Source of the DNA: Acidimicrobiia bacterium
Lineage (GTDB): Bacteria; Actinomycetota; Acidimicrobiia; Spongiisociales; JAHEDJ01
NCBI GenBank assembly: GCA_029210695.1
Contig: JARGFH010000008.1
Location: forward strand, 62,001 to 97,326
Length of the DNA stretch: 35,326 bases
Reading direction: 5' to 3'
Part shown: piece by piece, positions 1-9,093 of the stretch
Layout: the number at the start of each line of letters is the position of its first letter
Position numbering within the stretch: position 1 is the first letter of the stretch
Position numbers and translations under genes: made by a program
The notes under the pieces: model-generated
What the model was told of the DNA's origin: nothing
The model's database searches: none
The model's input: the letters and a program-made list of their open reading frames with translations, nothing else

Positions 1-2
1 CC

Positions 3-353
3 GGTAATCCCCTCGAGCAGGCAGTCACGGTGGCGCTCGACGACCCGGGCGCGCAGGTTGCCACATTGACCGCTGAAGGGACGGCTGGAGCGATGTTGAT
101 CGTGGTCCTGCCGGATGGAACCGGCTACGTATATCAGAGCACTCTCGAGCAGCTCCCAGATGACCTGACCTACCAGCTCTGGGCCGTGATCGATGACAGA
201 GTGATCTCGGCAGGTGTTCTCGGGAACCGTCCCACCATCGTTCCGTTCCACATCGATCCAGAAGGCCTCAAGGGATTGGTCATCACTCGAGAAGTGTCCG
301 GTGGGGTGGCTCAATCTGAGGCGGACCCGGTTGTCTCATGGTTCGGCGCGTAG
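3..353 (+). CDS. Anti-sigma factor, RskA-like C-terminal domain (5'-truncated by window edge)
   Basis: Frame is open from the window start. The LPDDLTYQLWAV...ISAGVL...LVITREVSGG..QS pattern is typical of RskA C-terminal domains. Confidence 0.8.
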   Translation, partial: GNPLEQAVTVALDDPGAQVATLTAEGTAGAMLIVVLPDGTGYVYQSTLEQLPDDLTYQLWAVIDDRVISAGVLGNRPTIVPFHIDPEGLKGLVITREVSGGVAQSEADPVVSWFGA

Positions 354-355
354 CC

Positions 356-1318
356 GTGGGCGTCTCCAGCTCCCTCGATTTGGATGATGTGCTCGATCGG
401 ACGGTGATCGGGAGCTTCACCAATATCGGTTTTGCCCTTCGGAGCCGCAGGTGGCCTCGTGAGCTTCCCACGCTCGAAGGGAAAACGATTGTCGTCACCG
501 GTTCGACGTCAGGGCTGGGCCGGGCGGCGGCGGAACGACTGGCCGGTCTCGGCGCTCGCCTATGTCTGGTCGGGCGTTCCGAGGCAAAGCTCGAGACGGC
601 CCGCCGGGAGATCCGCGCGGCCACCGCTAACGACGACCTGGCGGTGTACGTTGCCGATCATTCCGATGTCGGATCGGTGCGCGAACTCGCCGATGCTCTC
701 CTGGCAGGTGAACCCAGGATCGATGTGTTGATCAACAACGCCGGCGCCCTGTTCACCAAGCGATCCGAGACCGCAGCCGGTATCGAACTAACGCTCGCCA
801 CGAACCTCCTGAGTCACTTCGTGCTCACCAATCTGTTGATTCCCCGTCTCGAAACCTCCGCACCCTCCGGCATCATCAATGTGTCATCGGGTGGCATGTA
901 CACGCAGCGGATCAGAGTGCGCGATCTTCAGTCCAGGCGCGGTGAGTACAAGGGTTCGATCGCGTATGCCCGGGCGAAACGTGGTCAGGTGATTCTCACC
1001 GAGCTGTGGGCTGAGCAACTGGCGGATCGTGGTGTCGTGGTCCACGCGATGCACCCCGGCTGGGCCGACACTCCGGGGGTTGAGGATTCGCTTCCGACCT
1101 TCCGCCGGGTCACCAAGCCGTTTCTGCGGACTTCCGAACAGGGAGCAGACACCATCGTCTGGTTGGCCGCCTCGGATGAAGCTTCCCGATCCACCGGCTT
1201 GTTCTGGCTCGACCGCCGTCCCAGGCCAACGCACCGGTTGAAGAGCACCGTCGAGGCGCCTGCCGATCGACACGGGTTACGAGTGGCCCTCAACGCACTG
1301 GCCGGTACCGCCTTCTGA
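356..1318 (+). CDS. SDR family NAD(P)-dependent oxidoreductase (DHRS12/retinol dehydrogenase-like)
   Basis: TGSTSGLG Rossmann motif, NNAG, YARAK catalytic YxxxK, MHPGWADTPG. GTG at 356 lies just after the upstream stop. Confidence 0.9.
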   Translation: MGVSSSLDLDDVLDRTVIGSFTNIGFALRSRRWPRELPTLEGKTIVVTGSTSGLGRAAAERLAGLGARLCLVGRSEAKLETARREIRAATANDDLAVYVADHSDVGSVRELADALLAGEPRIDVLINNAGALFTKRSETAAGIELTLATNLLSHFVLTNLLIPRLETSAPSGIINVSSGGMYTQRIRVRDLQSRRGEYKGSIAYARAKRGQVILTELWAEQLADRGVVVHAMHPGWADTPGVEDSLPTFRRVTKPFLRTSEQGADTIVWLAASDEASRSTGLFWLDRRPRPTHRLKSTVEAPADRHGLRVALNALAGTAF

Positions 1319-1441
1319 CGTCGAGGTGCGCCCGGCTCCGAACCGCCCGGCGGGCTGCCCTGTCAACGTCCTAACCATCCTGGCACCGCCAACCCGCCTT
1401 GCGGCTTCTAGGCTTCAGTGGCTTTCGGAGACAGGAGAACG

Positions 1442-2299
1442 ATGCATCTCGGCGTAGCGATATTCCCAACGGACACGACGCTGCAGCCTGTCGATCTGGC
1501 CCGGGCAGTTGAAGAGCGGGGGTTCGAATCGTTGTGGTTCCCGGAACACAGTCATATCCCGGTCAGCAGGCGAACCCCCAGGGGTGGCGTGGCCGGGGCC
1601 GCCCCCCTCCCCGACTACTACTGGAGAACCCACGACCAGTTCGTGGCACTGGCCGCGGCAGCCGCGGTCACTTCGACTCTCAAGTTGGCCACCGGAATCA
1701 CACTCGTAGCTCAGCGAGACCCACTCTGGCTGGCCAAGGAGGTCGCCTCCCTCGATCTGATCTCCGGCGGACGTGTGTTGTTCGGCATCGGCTATGGGTG
1801 GAACAAGGAGGAGATGGCCGATCACGACCTCCAGTACACCGAGCGGCGTGCGGTGCTCCGCGAGAACATCCTGGCCATGCAGGAGTTGTGGACCAAGGAC
1901 GAGGCGGAGTTTCATGGCGACCACGTCGATTTCGAGCCGAGTTGGTCGTGGCCAAAACCCGTCCAGAAGCCGCATCCTCCGGTCATCCTCGGTGGGGCGG
2001 CGGGTCCGAAAACGATAGAGCACATCGTTGAATTCTGCGACGGATGGATGCCGATCGCCGGGAGGCACTCGTTTGGCGACCGGCTGGACGACCTGCGACT
2101 GGCTGCCGAGCGAGCGGGGCGCGACCCGGCTTCCATCGAGCTTGGTCTGTTTATGGCTCCTCCGAACGCCAGTGCCTTAGAGCCGCTGGCCGCCTCCGGG
2201 ATCGGCCGGGCCGTGCTGGGACTCCCGCAGGGGCCGCCGGAGGAGGTACTGGAGGCGCTGGATTCGTTTGTGCCGCTCCTCGACGTGGTTGGAGGGTGA
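1442..2299 (+). CDS. LLM-class F420-dependent oxidoreductase (Rv2161c-like)
   Basis: GFESLWFPEHSHIP, LAKEVASLDLISGGR, GIGYGWNKEEM, PKPVQKPHPPVILGG. AGGAG precedes ATG 1442. Confidence 0.9.
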   Translation: MHLGVAIFPTDTTLQPVDLARAVEERGFESLWFPEHSHIPVSRRTPRGGVAGAAPLPDYYWRTHDQFVALAAAAAVTSTLKLATGITLVAQRDPLWLAKEVASLDLISGGRVLFGIGYGWNKEEMADHDLQYTERRAVLRENILAMQELWTKDEAEFHGDHVDFEPSWSWPKPVQKPHPPVILGGAAGPKTIEHIVEFCDGWMPIAGRHSFGDRLDDLRLAAERAGRDPASIELGLFMAPPNASALEPLAASGIGRAVLGLPQGPPEEVLEALDSFVPLLDVVGG

Positions 2300-2655
2300 C
2301 CGGCACCGCCTGGATTGTCGCCTTCTTCCTCGGAATGTTGTTCCTGGCGACCGGTGCAATGAAGTTGATCGTTCCGTATGAGCAGGGGCGGGCACGCATC
2401 GGCTGGATCGGAGACGTGCCGGCGGGTCGCTACCGGCTGGTCGGATGGCTGGAAATCGCGGGAGCGATCGGCCTGGTGTTCCCGACTCTGGTCGACGCCT
2501 TCGACCCGGTGGTGCCCGTCGCTGCCGGGGGTCTGGCTGCCGTCATGGTGGGAGCGATGGGTCTCCACGCTCGCCGCCACGAGTGGGGATCTCTATTACT
2601 CACGTCGGTGCTGCTGGCGGGTTGCGTGTTCGTGGTGGTCGGCAACCTGGGATGA
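2296..2655 (+). CDS. DoxX family membrane protein
   Basis: GTGA overlap with the LLM stop. Four hydrophobic segments; FLATGAMKL, GWLEIAGAIGL, MVGAMGLH motifs. Confidence 0.8.
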   Translation: MTGTAWIVAFFLGMLFLATGAMKLIVPYEQGRARIGWIGDVPAGRYRLVGWLEIAGAIGLVFPTLVDAFDPVVPVAAGGLAAVMVGAMGLHARRHEWGSLLLTSVLLAGCVFVVVGNLG

Positions 2656-2686
2656 CGTCAACTGCCGCCAAATCGCCGGCGGGCGG

Positions 2687-4465
2687 TCAGACGAGTGCCG
2701 GAGCTGCAATGCGCTCGGCTTGACCGCGGAGTTCGGCTAGCTGCGTGAGGAATTCGGGTCCGGTGCCAAGCTCTTCGGCGATCGTCGTGTAGTAGTCGAG
2801 TCCTTCGATCAGGTTCGCCTTGTACTCATCGAAGTAGCTCGCCTTGCGCGGTGAGAGATCGAGCACGAAACGATCGAGTTCCTTATTGACGAAGTCGAGG
2901 TAGAGCTCTGCCTCGCGGATGAACATGTGGGGACGCCCGGGCTGCGACATGAGCTGGGCCCGCCCATAGATATGGTCGACCATTTCGCGGAGGCTGGCCA
3001 GCTTCGAGAAGTTCACGATATTCGGACCGGTGCAGATTGATGTGTGCGACCGGTTCTTGATGGCGTTCTTTCCCTCGGCTCCGCCGGCTAGATCCCGGCA
3101 CAAGCATGTTTTCGCCAGGATGTCCTCACGAACTACCGCGAGTTGTTCCGGTGAGTAGCCCTCCTGATCGAGGTGGGCGAGCTTCTGGACCTGGTAGGTC
3201 CGCGACGCAACGCAGATCGGCTCTTCGCTGAACTCGGTATTGGAGAGAGCGAGATATCCCTTCGGGCAAGCGCTGCCCGGGCGGCCCTTCTCGATCTTGT
3301 CGCGGCGGTTTCTCTCGCTCTCCGACGTGCGCAGGCTCCAAAACGGTATGCCGAACGGTGAGGAGTTGCTGAGATAGACATCGTCGCCGGTGGCCTCCTG
3401 CAGCTTCACCAAATGCTGGTCATCAACGTTCGTGACTTCTGGAACCAGGAGAAATGGGGTGCCCCACCCTGCGGAGTCCACGTTGAAATACTCAACTATC
3501 TGCCGGTGCTCTTCTGCGGTGCCGATCCCACCCTGGACGGTGATTCGCAGCTCGGGTGGGTCTGCGACGGGGGACCGGTCCGTCTCTTCGAGGCCGCGGT
3601 TACGCATCGAGTGAAGTGTCTCGATGAGCTCTGCGCGCCTCTTCTTGAACTCGTCGAGGATCGGTCCGAGCAGCTTTCCGGCGGTTGGGAAAGTGTGACC
3701 GCCACAGTTGAGCCCAGACTCGACCCGGAACTCCGATACCCACAGGCCCCGCTTGGCGAGGTACTTCCCCTGGATGAGGGCGGAGCGAAAGTCGCTCACC
3801 TTGAGGACGATTTGTTTCCGCAGTTCGCCCTGGTCGTCCGGGTAGAAGTCGTCGAACTGAGTCAGGTAGTTGTACAACCTGGGGTTGAGCCCGGCGGAGA
3901 AAACGACTGCCGAGCGCAGGGTGCTGCGGGCGAAGCCGCGCAAGCCGGATAGCGCGTCGCTCAACTCGGGTGCTTGTTTCATTCCGTCCTGGTAGGCGTC
4001 GCGATCGACCTTGGTCATGAGGTTGACGTCGATCGAGCCTGCCGTGACGTGGCGCCGCAGCAGATCCTGGAGGCGGTCGCGCTCTGACTCATCGCGGCTC
4101 TCCCTCATTCGCTGGTAGGCCTGGCGGAGGGGTCCGGTGGGCAGCATCTCGAAGTACTTCGTGAGGTCGTTACCGGCTTCGAACAGCATCAACTGCATGG
4201 AACGGATCTGCTGCGCTACCTGAGTCTGAACGAGATCGAGGTAGGCGGTGATCCGCCTGGCTCGCGCATCGTCGGCGTCGTCGGGGATCTCCTCGTAGGT
4301 CTCTCCCGCCAGCTCACTGTGGAACTTGCGCATCTGCTCGATGAGCATGTCGTCGACGATCTGAATCACAGACGAGATGCCGAAACGGGCAACCTTCAAC
4401 GGAGTGTCGATCGTGAAGCCTGTGCCCATTACCGGGATGTGAAAAGAGTGGACGGCAGCCGTCAA
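2687..4465 (-). CDS. Conserved hypothetical protein; probable FMN-binding TIM-barrel (nitronate monooxygenase-like) with Cys-rich C-terminus
   Basis: 592-aa ORF with ESGLNCGGH, ITVQGGIGT and GWGTPFLLVPE segments resembling NMO/FMN-barrel motifs. Cys cluster CPKGY..PIC..KTCLC..ICTGPN. Confidence 0.6.
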   Translation of the reverse strand: MTAAVHSFHIPVMGTGFTIDTPLKVARFGISSVIQIVDDMLIEQMRKFHSELAGETYEEIPDDADDARARRITAYLDLVQTQVAQQIRSMQLMLFEAGNDLTKYFEMLPTGPLRQAYQRMRESRDESERDRLQDLLRRHVTAGSIDVNLMTKVDRDAYQDGMKQAPELSDALSGLRGFARSTLRSAVVFSAGLNPRLYNYLTQFDDFYPDDQGELRKQIVLKVSDFRSALIQGKYLAKRGLWVSEFRVESGLNCGGHTFPTAGKLLGPILDEFKKRRAELIETLHSMRNRGLEETDRSPVADPPELRITVQGGIGTAEEHRQIVEYFNVDSAGWGTPFLLVPEVTNVDDQHLVKLQEATGDDVYLSNSSPFGIPFWSLRTSESERNRRDKIEKGRPGSACPKGYLALSNTEFSEEPICVASRTYQVQKLAHLDQEGYSPEQLAVVREDILAKTCLCRDLAGGAEGKNAIKNRSHTSICTGPNIVNFSKLASLREMVDHIYGRAQLMSQPGRPHMFIREAELYLDFVNKELDRFVLDLSPRKASYFDEYKANLIEGLDYYTTIAEELGTGPEFLTQLAELRGQAERIAAPALV

Positions 4466-4533
4466 GTGGGTTCCCCGTTTTCGTAAACCCCAGTCAAGCA
4501 GACAAATGCCATTAAAGGGAGGGTCAAAATCAA

Positions 4534-4630
4534 GAGGTTCAGCAAGAGATTCTGAGTTATTGCAAGAGATTCTGAGTTATAGGTTCTGAGTTTTGCAGGA
4601 GGTTCTGAGTTTTAGGTTCTGGGTTGTGGT
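4534..4630. repeat. Degenerate short-repeat array (AGGTTCT/GAGTTWT units, including a 19-bp direct repeat)
   Basis: GCAAGAGATTCTGAGTTAT at 4542 and 4562; repeated AGGTTCTGAGTTTT units. Confidence 0.75.
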
Positions 4631-4673
4631 CCGTCGGGAGGCGTCTATCCCATCACGGGCACGCGTCGCCGGC

Positions 4674-4930
4674 TAGAACCTACAACGTAGAACCTGAAAC
4701 CAGATCGCAGATCGTCGCGGATGGCAGTAGGCAGTAGGCAGCAGGCAGCAGGCAATAGGCGATAAGGGGCGCCGGTTAGAACCTACAACGTAGAACCTGA
4801 AACCAGATCGCAGATCGTCGCGGATGGCAGTAGGCAGTAGGCAGCAGGCAGCAGGCAATAGGCGATAAGGGGCGCCGGTTAGAACCTACAACGTAGAACC
4901 TAAAACCTCGATCGCAGATCGCAGATCGTC
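4674..4930. repeat. 103-bp tandem repeat (two identical copies plus a partial third) built from heptamers
   Basis: Units start at 4674, 4777 and 4880. Internal TAGAACC/TACAACG, AGATCGC and GGCAGYA heptamer runs. Confidence 0.9.
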
Positions 4931-4948
4931 CGACTCCTCCTCAGCTCC

Positions 4949-6307
4949 TTACACCTCGGGCAAGTGCGCCAGGGCTTCTGCGACCTTTGCTTCGGGATAG
5001 TCGTAGTCGATGATCTCTCCGGCCAGGAACTTGTCGTAGGAAGCCAGATCGAAGTGTCCGTGCCCGCACACCGCGGTGAGGATGACCTTCTCCTCTCCAG
5101 ATTCCTTGCATGCCTCGGCTTCCCGTATGGCCGCGGCAATGGCGTGGGTCGGTTCGGGAGCAGGAATGATCCCCTCGGTCCGTGCGAACCGGATGGCGCT
5201 CTCGAAACACTCGACCTGGCCGATCGCGGTCGCTTCGATGAGCCCGAGCTCGTAGATGTGCGAGAGCAACGGCGACATGCCGTGGTAGCGCAAGCCGCCT
5301 GCATGGATCGGGTCCGGTATGAAATCGTGGCCGAGGGTGTGCATCTTCATCAAAGGAGTCATCCCCGCCGTGTCGCCGTAGTCGTAGGCATAGACGCCTT
5401 TGGTGAACGACGGGCAGGCGGCCGGCTCGATAGCGCGGATGGTCGGGTTGATCTTGCCCGCCATCTTCTCGCGAAGGAACGGGAAGCTGAGCCCGGAGAA
5501 GTTCGAGCCACCCCCCGTGCAAGCCACGATCACGTCGGGCGACTCACCGATCTTCTCGAACTGACGGAGGGTCTCCTCTCCGATGATCGTCTGGTGCAGA
5601 AGTACGTGGTTCAAAACGCTGCCGAGCGCATAGCGGATCGTGGGATCCTGAACCGCAGCTTCAACTGCCTCTGAGATGGCGATCCCGAGCGAACCAGGAC
5701 TGTTCGGATCTTGTTCGAGGATCGTCCGACCGGCAGCCGTGAGCATGGAGGGGCTCGAGTGGACCGTTGCGCCCCAGGTCTCCATCATCGACTTGCGGTA
5801 GGGCTTCTGCTCGAACGAGGCGGCTACCTGCCAGACCTCACATTCGAGACCGAACAGGGCGCTGGCAAACGCCAGGGCACTGCCCCATTGGCCAGCCCCC
5901 GTCTCGGTGGTCAGCTTCCGGATGCCTTCCCGGGCGTTGTAGAAGGCCTGCGGAACGGCGGTGTTCGGCTTGTGAGAGCCGGCCGGGCTCACGCCTTCGT
6001 ACTTGTAGTAGATGCGCGCCGGCGTATCCAGGGCTTGCTCGAGACGTCGCGCCCGGTAGAGCGGAGTGGGCCGCCATAGCCGGTAGACGTCGAGGACTTC
6101 ACCTGGGATGTCGATATAGCTGTCTGTGCTGACTTCCTGCATGATCAGCGCCATGGGAAAGAGCGGGGCGAGATCTTCAGGTCCGACAGGTTGTTTGGTG
6201 CCGGGATGGAGCGGTGGGGGAGGTGGTTCGGGCAGGTCGGGCACGATGTTGTACCACTGGGTGGGCATCTCCGACTCGTCCAGCATGATCTTGGTGGCGT
6301 CGCTCAC
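4949..6307 (-). CDS. trpB2: TrpB-like PLP-dependent enzyme (tryptophan synthase beta type 2)
   Basis: [60 protein letters not shown] 6307 has a GAGG RBS. Confidence 0.93.
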   Translation of the reverse strand: MSDATKIMLDESEMPTQWYNIVPDLPEPPPPPLHPGTKQPVGPEDLAPLFPMALIMQEVSTDSYIDIPGEVLDVYRLWRPTPLYRARRLEQALDTPARIYYKYEGVSPAGSHKPNTAVPQAFYNAREGIRKLTTETGAGQWGSALAFASALFGLECEVWQVAASFEQKPYRKSMMETWGATVHSSPSMLTAAGRTILEQDPNSPGSLGIAISEAVEAAVQDPTIRYALGSVLNHVLLHQTIIGEETLRQFEKIGESPDVIVACTGGGSNFSGLSFPFLREKMAGKINPTIRAIEPAACPSFTKGVYAYDYGDTAGMTPLMKMHTLGHDFIPDPIHAGGLRYHGMSPLLSHIYELGLIEATAIGQVECFESAIRFARTEGIIPAPEPTHAIAAAIREAEACKESGEEKVILTAVCGHGHFDLASYDKFLAGEIIDYDYPEAKVAEALAHLPEV

Positions 6308-6370
6308 AGCATGTACCTCTCGTCTGCTCCTGAATCGATGGTAGCTCTCCTGCGCTGAGCCGACCACGGA

Positions 6371-6406
6371 TTGAAAGAGGGCCCGCAGCAGCTGCTGCGG
6401 GCCCTC
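6371..6406 (-). terminator. Intrinsic terminator downstream of the EB_dh-like gene
   Basis: Perfect stem GAGGGCCCGCAGC/GCTGCGGGCCCTC (6377-6406) followed by TTTC on the minus strand. Confidence 0.75.
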
Positions 6407-6427
6407 AGTCGTAGGTTGCGGGTTGGA

Positions 6428-7573
6428 TTACGGAGCGAACACGAACGGTGTCACGCCAACCTGGAAGGAATGGCGAACCTGGGCGTTGTCGAAGGTCGCA
6501 ACGCCGAAGTAATAGGTGGCACCCATGTCCGAGAACTGCACATCGAACTCGGAACCGGTCGTCATCGCACGTGCGATCTCGACCGTCCAGGTACCGTCGG
6601 CATACGTCCACTCTGCTGAGATGTCGCTGCGATCACCAGTGAACTCGGCCTTGTAGATACCGGGAACCCGGTCACCGGCCACGAACAGTGAGTCGTCGAA
6701 CTCCACCTTCTCGGAGTCGAGGATGTAGCCGGGCGAACCGTCCTTGGCGCCACCATCGGGTGACATGAAGGCAGGCAGGGTCTTGTCTTCGTTCTCGTTG
6801 TTGGTGTAGCCGCCGCCGTCACTCGGGTCGCCGTGGCGCCCGGCGCCGGGGGTGTCGGCCGAGTACCTGACCGAATCGACGTACTGGTCGTCGATCTGGT
6901 GGAGGTTACGAACCGACTTCCAGTGCCAGATGTCGCCGATTTGGCCTTCCGCCGCCGTGTACTTGTTGCCGTAAGGCTTGGCGTCCGAGTCCTCACCGGC
7001 ATGGCACATGACGAAGCAGCCCGATGATTCGAAGCCTTCGATGGCGGAATCCGTGTTCCAGATGATGGACATCTTGTCCTCGTACCAGAGGTTGTTGTCG
7101 CCGCCGTTGTCGTTCGGATCCTTGAGCTTGGCCCATGAACCGTCGTCCTGCTTCTCCCATGGCGAGCGCAGGTAGCTCTCGGTGGGATCATCCCAGCTCA
7201 CCAGGAAGTAAACGGTATCGCCCGAGTACACGGACTGGAGGCTGACATCGGCGCCGCCGCTGTTGGCTCCACCGGAGACGGCAACGGTCGTGACCGGGGC
7301 CCCTGCCCAGGCGCCGTCGTCGGCGACACCATCGAGGGTCGGAGCGTCCGTAGCAACCGAAACCAGCGTTCCCTCAGGAACCTCGAGCATCGCTTCCGTG
7401 GTCGTTGTGGCCACCATTGCCTCGGTAGTCGTTGTGGCCACCATCGCTTCGGTAGTTGTGGTCTCGGGCGCGCCGACCGCGCCTTCTGTGGTAGTGGTCT
7501 CATCTGAACTGCCGCAGGCAGCCAGGATGAGCGCCAGCATCATTGTGATGCCGGCGATACGTATGAAACGCAT
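6428..7573 (-). CDS. Ethylbenzene dehydrogenase-related (EB_dh/DOMON-like) haem-binding lipoprotein
   Basis: Lipobox LAAC, Thr-rich linker, APTLDG..D..W, YFLVSWDDPTES, YEDKMSIIW, GCFVMCH, DIWHWKSVR, WTVEIARAM, FGVATFDNAQVRH. Confidence 0.8.
   Translation of the reverse strand: MRFIRIAGITMMLALILAACGSSDETTTTEGAVGAPETTTTEAMVATTTTEAMVATTTTEAMLEVPEGTLVSVATDAPTLDGVADDGAWAGAPVTTVAVSGGANSGGADVSLQSVYSGDTVYFLVSWDDPTESYLRSPWEKQDDGSWAKLKDPNDNGGDNNLWYEDKMSIIWNTDSAIEGFESSGCFVMCHAGEDSDAKPYGNKYTAAEGQIGDIWHWKSVRNLHQIDDQYVDSVRYSADTPGAGRHGDPSDGGGYTNNENEDKTLPAFMSPDGGAKDGSPGYILDSEKVEFDDSLFVAGDRVPGIYKAEFTGDRSDISAEWTYADGTWTVEIARAMTTGSEFDVQFSDMGATYYFGVATFDNAQVRHSFQVGVTPFVFAP
7388..7465 (-). repeat. 27-bp coding tandem repeat (TTTTEAMVA, about 3 copies) in the lipoprotein linker
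   Basis: Period 27, seen at 7388, 7415 and 7442. Confidence 0.85.
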
Positions 7574-7601
7574 ATAAGTTCTCCCCGTTAAGGTCTCATC
7601 A

Positions 7602-7658
7602 GTATATCTATCTGATATACCACAAGCGAGATTCGGCAGACGTCACTACTTAAGTGAC
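7602..7658. promoter_or_regulatory. Two candidate operator palindromes upstream of the EB_dh-like gene
   Basis: GTATATC-N5-GATATAC (7602-7620) and GTCACT-N5-AGTGAC (7642-7658) in an AT-rich intergenic patch. Confidence 0.45.
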
Positions 7659-7779
7659 CTGTGCTGCCCACATAGGGTGGTGAAGAGGCCCGATGCGGCC
7701 TCGCCCAGACTTCCAGGCTCGCCAGATGCATTTACGGCCTGATTGACTGCCGGGCGAGATCGAGAGAGGTCCCTTGGAC

Positions 7780-9093
7780 CTACCCGGCCAGCAGAGTACC
7801 CAGGCGGGTGGCTTCGGTTCCTAGGCTGGAGACTCCAATCCCCCGGTAACCCCAGCCGGTGAGATGTAGACCGGGGTGATTGGCCACGGTCGCGTCGAGC
7901 TTGCGCATCCAATCGACGTGACCCACGTTGTACTGGGGGATTCCGGGGTCGTGCCTGACGACTCTCGACCAGGTCGGTTGCACCCGCGTCCCGATCACAC
8001 GACTCGTCTCGTCGATCATCATGGCAATGAGTTCTTCATCCGTCCGCGTCAGCACTTTCGGGTCGGCAGCACCTCCGTAGATCCCTTTGGCGAGATGGTG
8101 CAGCTCCGGTGCTCGCCCGGGGGCGTATTGCGACTCCATGAGGATTCCCAGGACGTGCACATCGGTGTCCGGGCCGATCAGTGCACCGAATCCTGCCGGA
8201 AGAGGAACGTCCGCTGCCCGGCCGCCGATCCCGACGACCGCCACGGGGGCGACCACTGCCTCTCCTAGCTGCGCAGCGATATCGGGCGGCGCCAGCTTGC
8301 AGGCATCGTGGGGAGCCAGGGCTAACACGATGTCTTTCGCCTGCAACTCACTTCCTGCTTCGACGATCCAGCCGTTCTCAATCCTTCTGACGGCACTCAC
8401 CGGCCGATTCGTCTGGAAGGACGCGCCGAGATAGGCGGCGAGGTCTTCGGCTACCCCTGTCATTCCGTTCGCCGGAACGTGGACCGAAGCTCGCGGCGTG
8501 TCTTTCTCGCGCTGCTTCATGCGGGCCATCATCCCCCGGACCATGCTGCCCGCCTCGTCTTCGAGCGCCACCATCCTCGGGAACGCGGCTCGCATGGACA
8601 GCGTGGATGGGTCACCGGCGAAAACGCCGTGCGCCATCAGGGTCGCACCGAGTCGGCCGAGTTCCGGACCGAAGCGACGGCTGAAGTAACTCTCGATCGA
8701 CTCGTCGGAGCTGGGGGGCGGTGTCTTGACCCATGGTTCGCAAATCGCCCGGAACTTCGCTCTCCACGAAACCAGTCCGGAGAAGGCGAGGGCCGGCGAT
8801 TCCGGAACCTGAAAGAGCTCGTCCCTCTCGTAGACGAATCGTGACTTCGCCTCCGGATTTGCAGCCAGCATCTCGATTCCCGCCGCTTCGAAGACGGGTC
8901 CGAGGTCGGAGTTGGGCCACAGGAGGGACCCGGCCGCGGGTTCGAGTAGAAAGCCGTCCTGCCGAACGCTGGACGCCACGCCGCCGGGGTGTCCCGACGC
9001 TTCAAGGACTAGTACTTCCATGTCGCGGCGCTTCAATTCCGCTCCGACGATCAGTCCACCCAAACCACCGCCGACCACGATCACGTCACTCAC
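7780..9093 (-). CDS. hemY: Protoporphyrinogen/coproporphyrinogen oxidase, HemY type (often annotated hemG)
   Basis: VIVVGGGLGGL FAD motif, LEAS..PGG, GVFAGDP..LSM..AFP, GIPQYNVGH, GYRGIGV. GTGA overlap with hemH. Confidence 0.9.
   Translation of the reverse strand: MSDVIVVGGGLGGLIVGAELKRRDMEVLVLEASGHPGGVASSVRQDGFLLEPAAGSLLWPNSDLGPVFEAAGIEMLAANPEAKSRFVYERDELFQVPESPALAFSGLVSWRAKFRAICEPWVKTPPPSSDESIESYFSRRFGPELGRLGATLMAHGVFAGDPSTLSMRAAFPRMVALEDEAGSMVRGMMARMKQREKDTPRASVHVPANGMTGVAEDLAAYLGASFQTNRPVSAVRRIENGWIVEAGSELQAKDIVLALAPHDACKLAPPDIAAQLGEAVVAPVAVVGIGGRAADVPLPAGFGALIGPDTDVHVLGILMESQYAPGRAPELHHLAKGIYGGAADPKVLTRTDEELIAMMIDETSRVIGTRVQPTWSRVVRHDPGIPQYNVGHVDWMRKLDATVANHPGLHLTGWGYRGIGVSSLGTEATRLGTLLAG

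Noticed and set aside
4674..4930. Possible CRISPR array
   Set aside because: The units are fully identical 103-mers with no unique spacers, and no cas genes are present.
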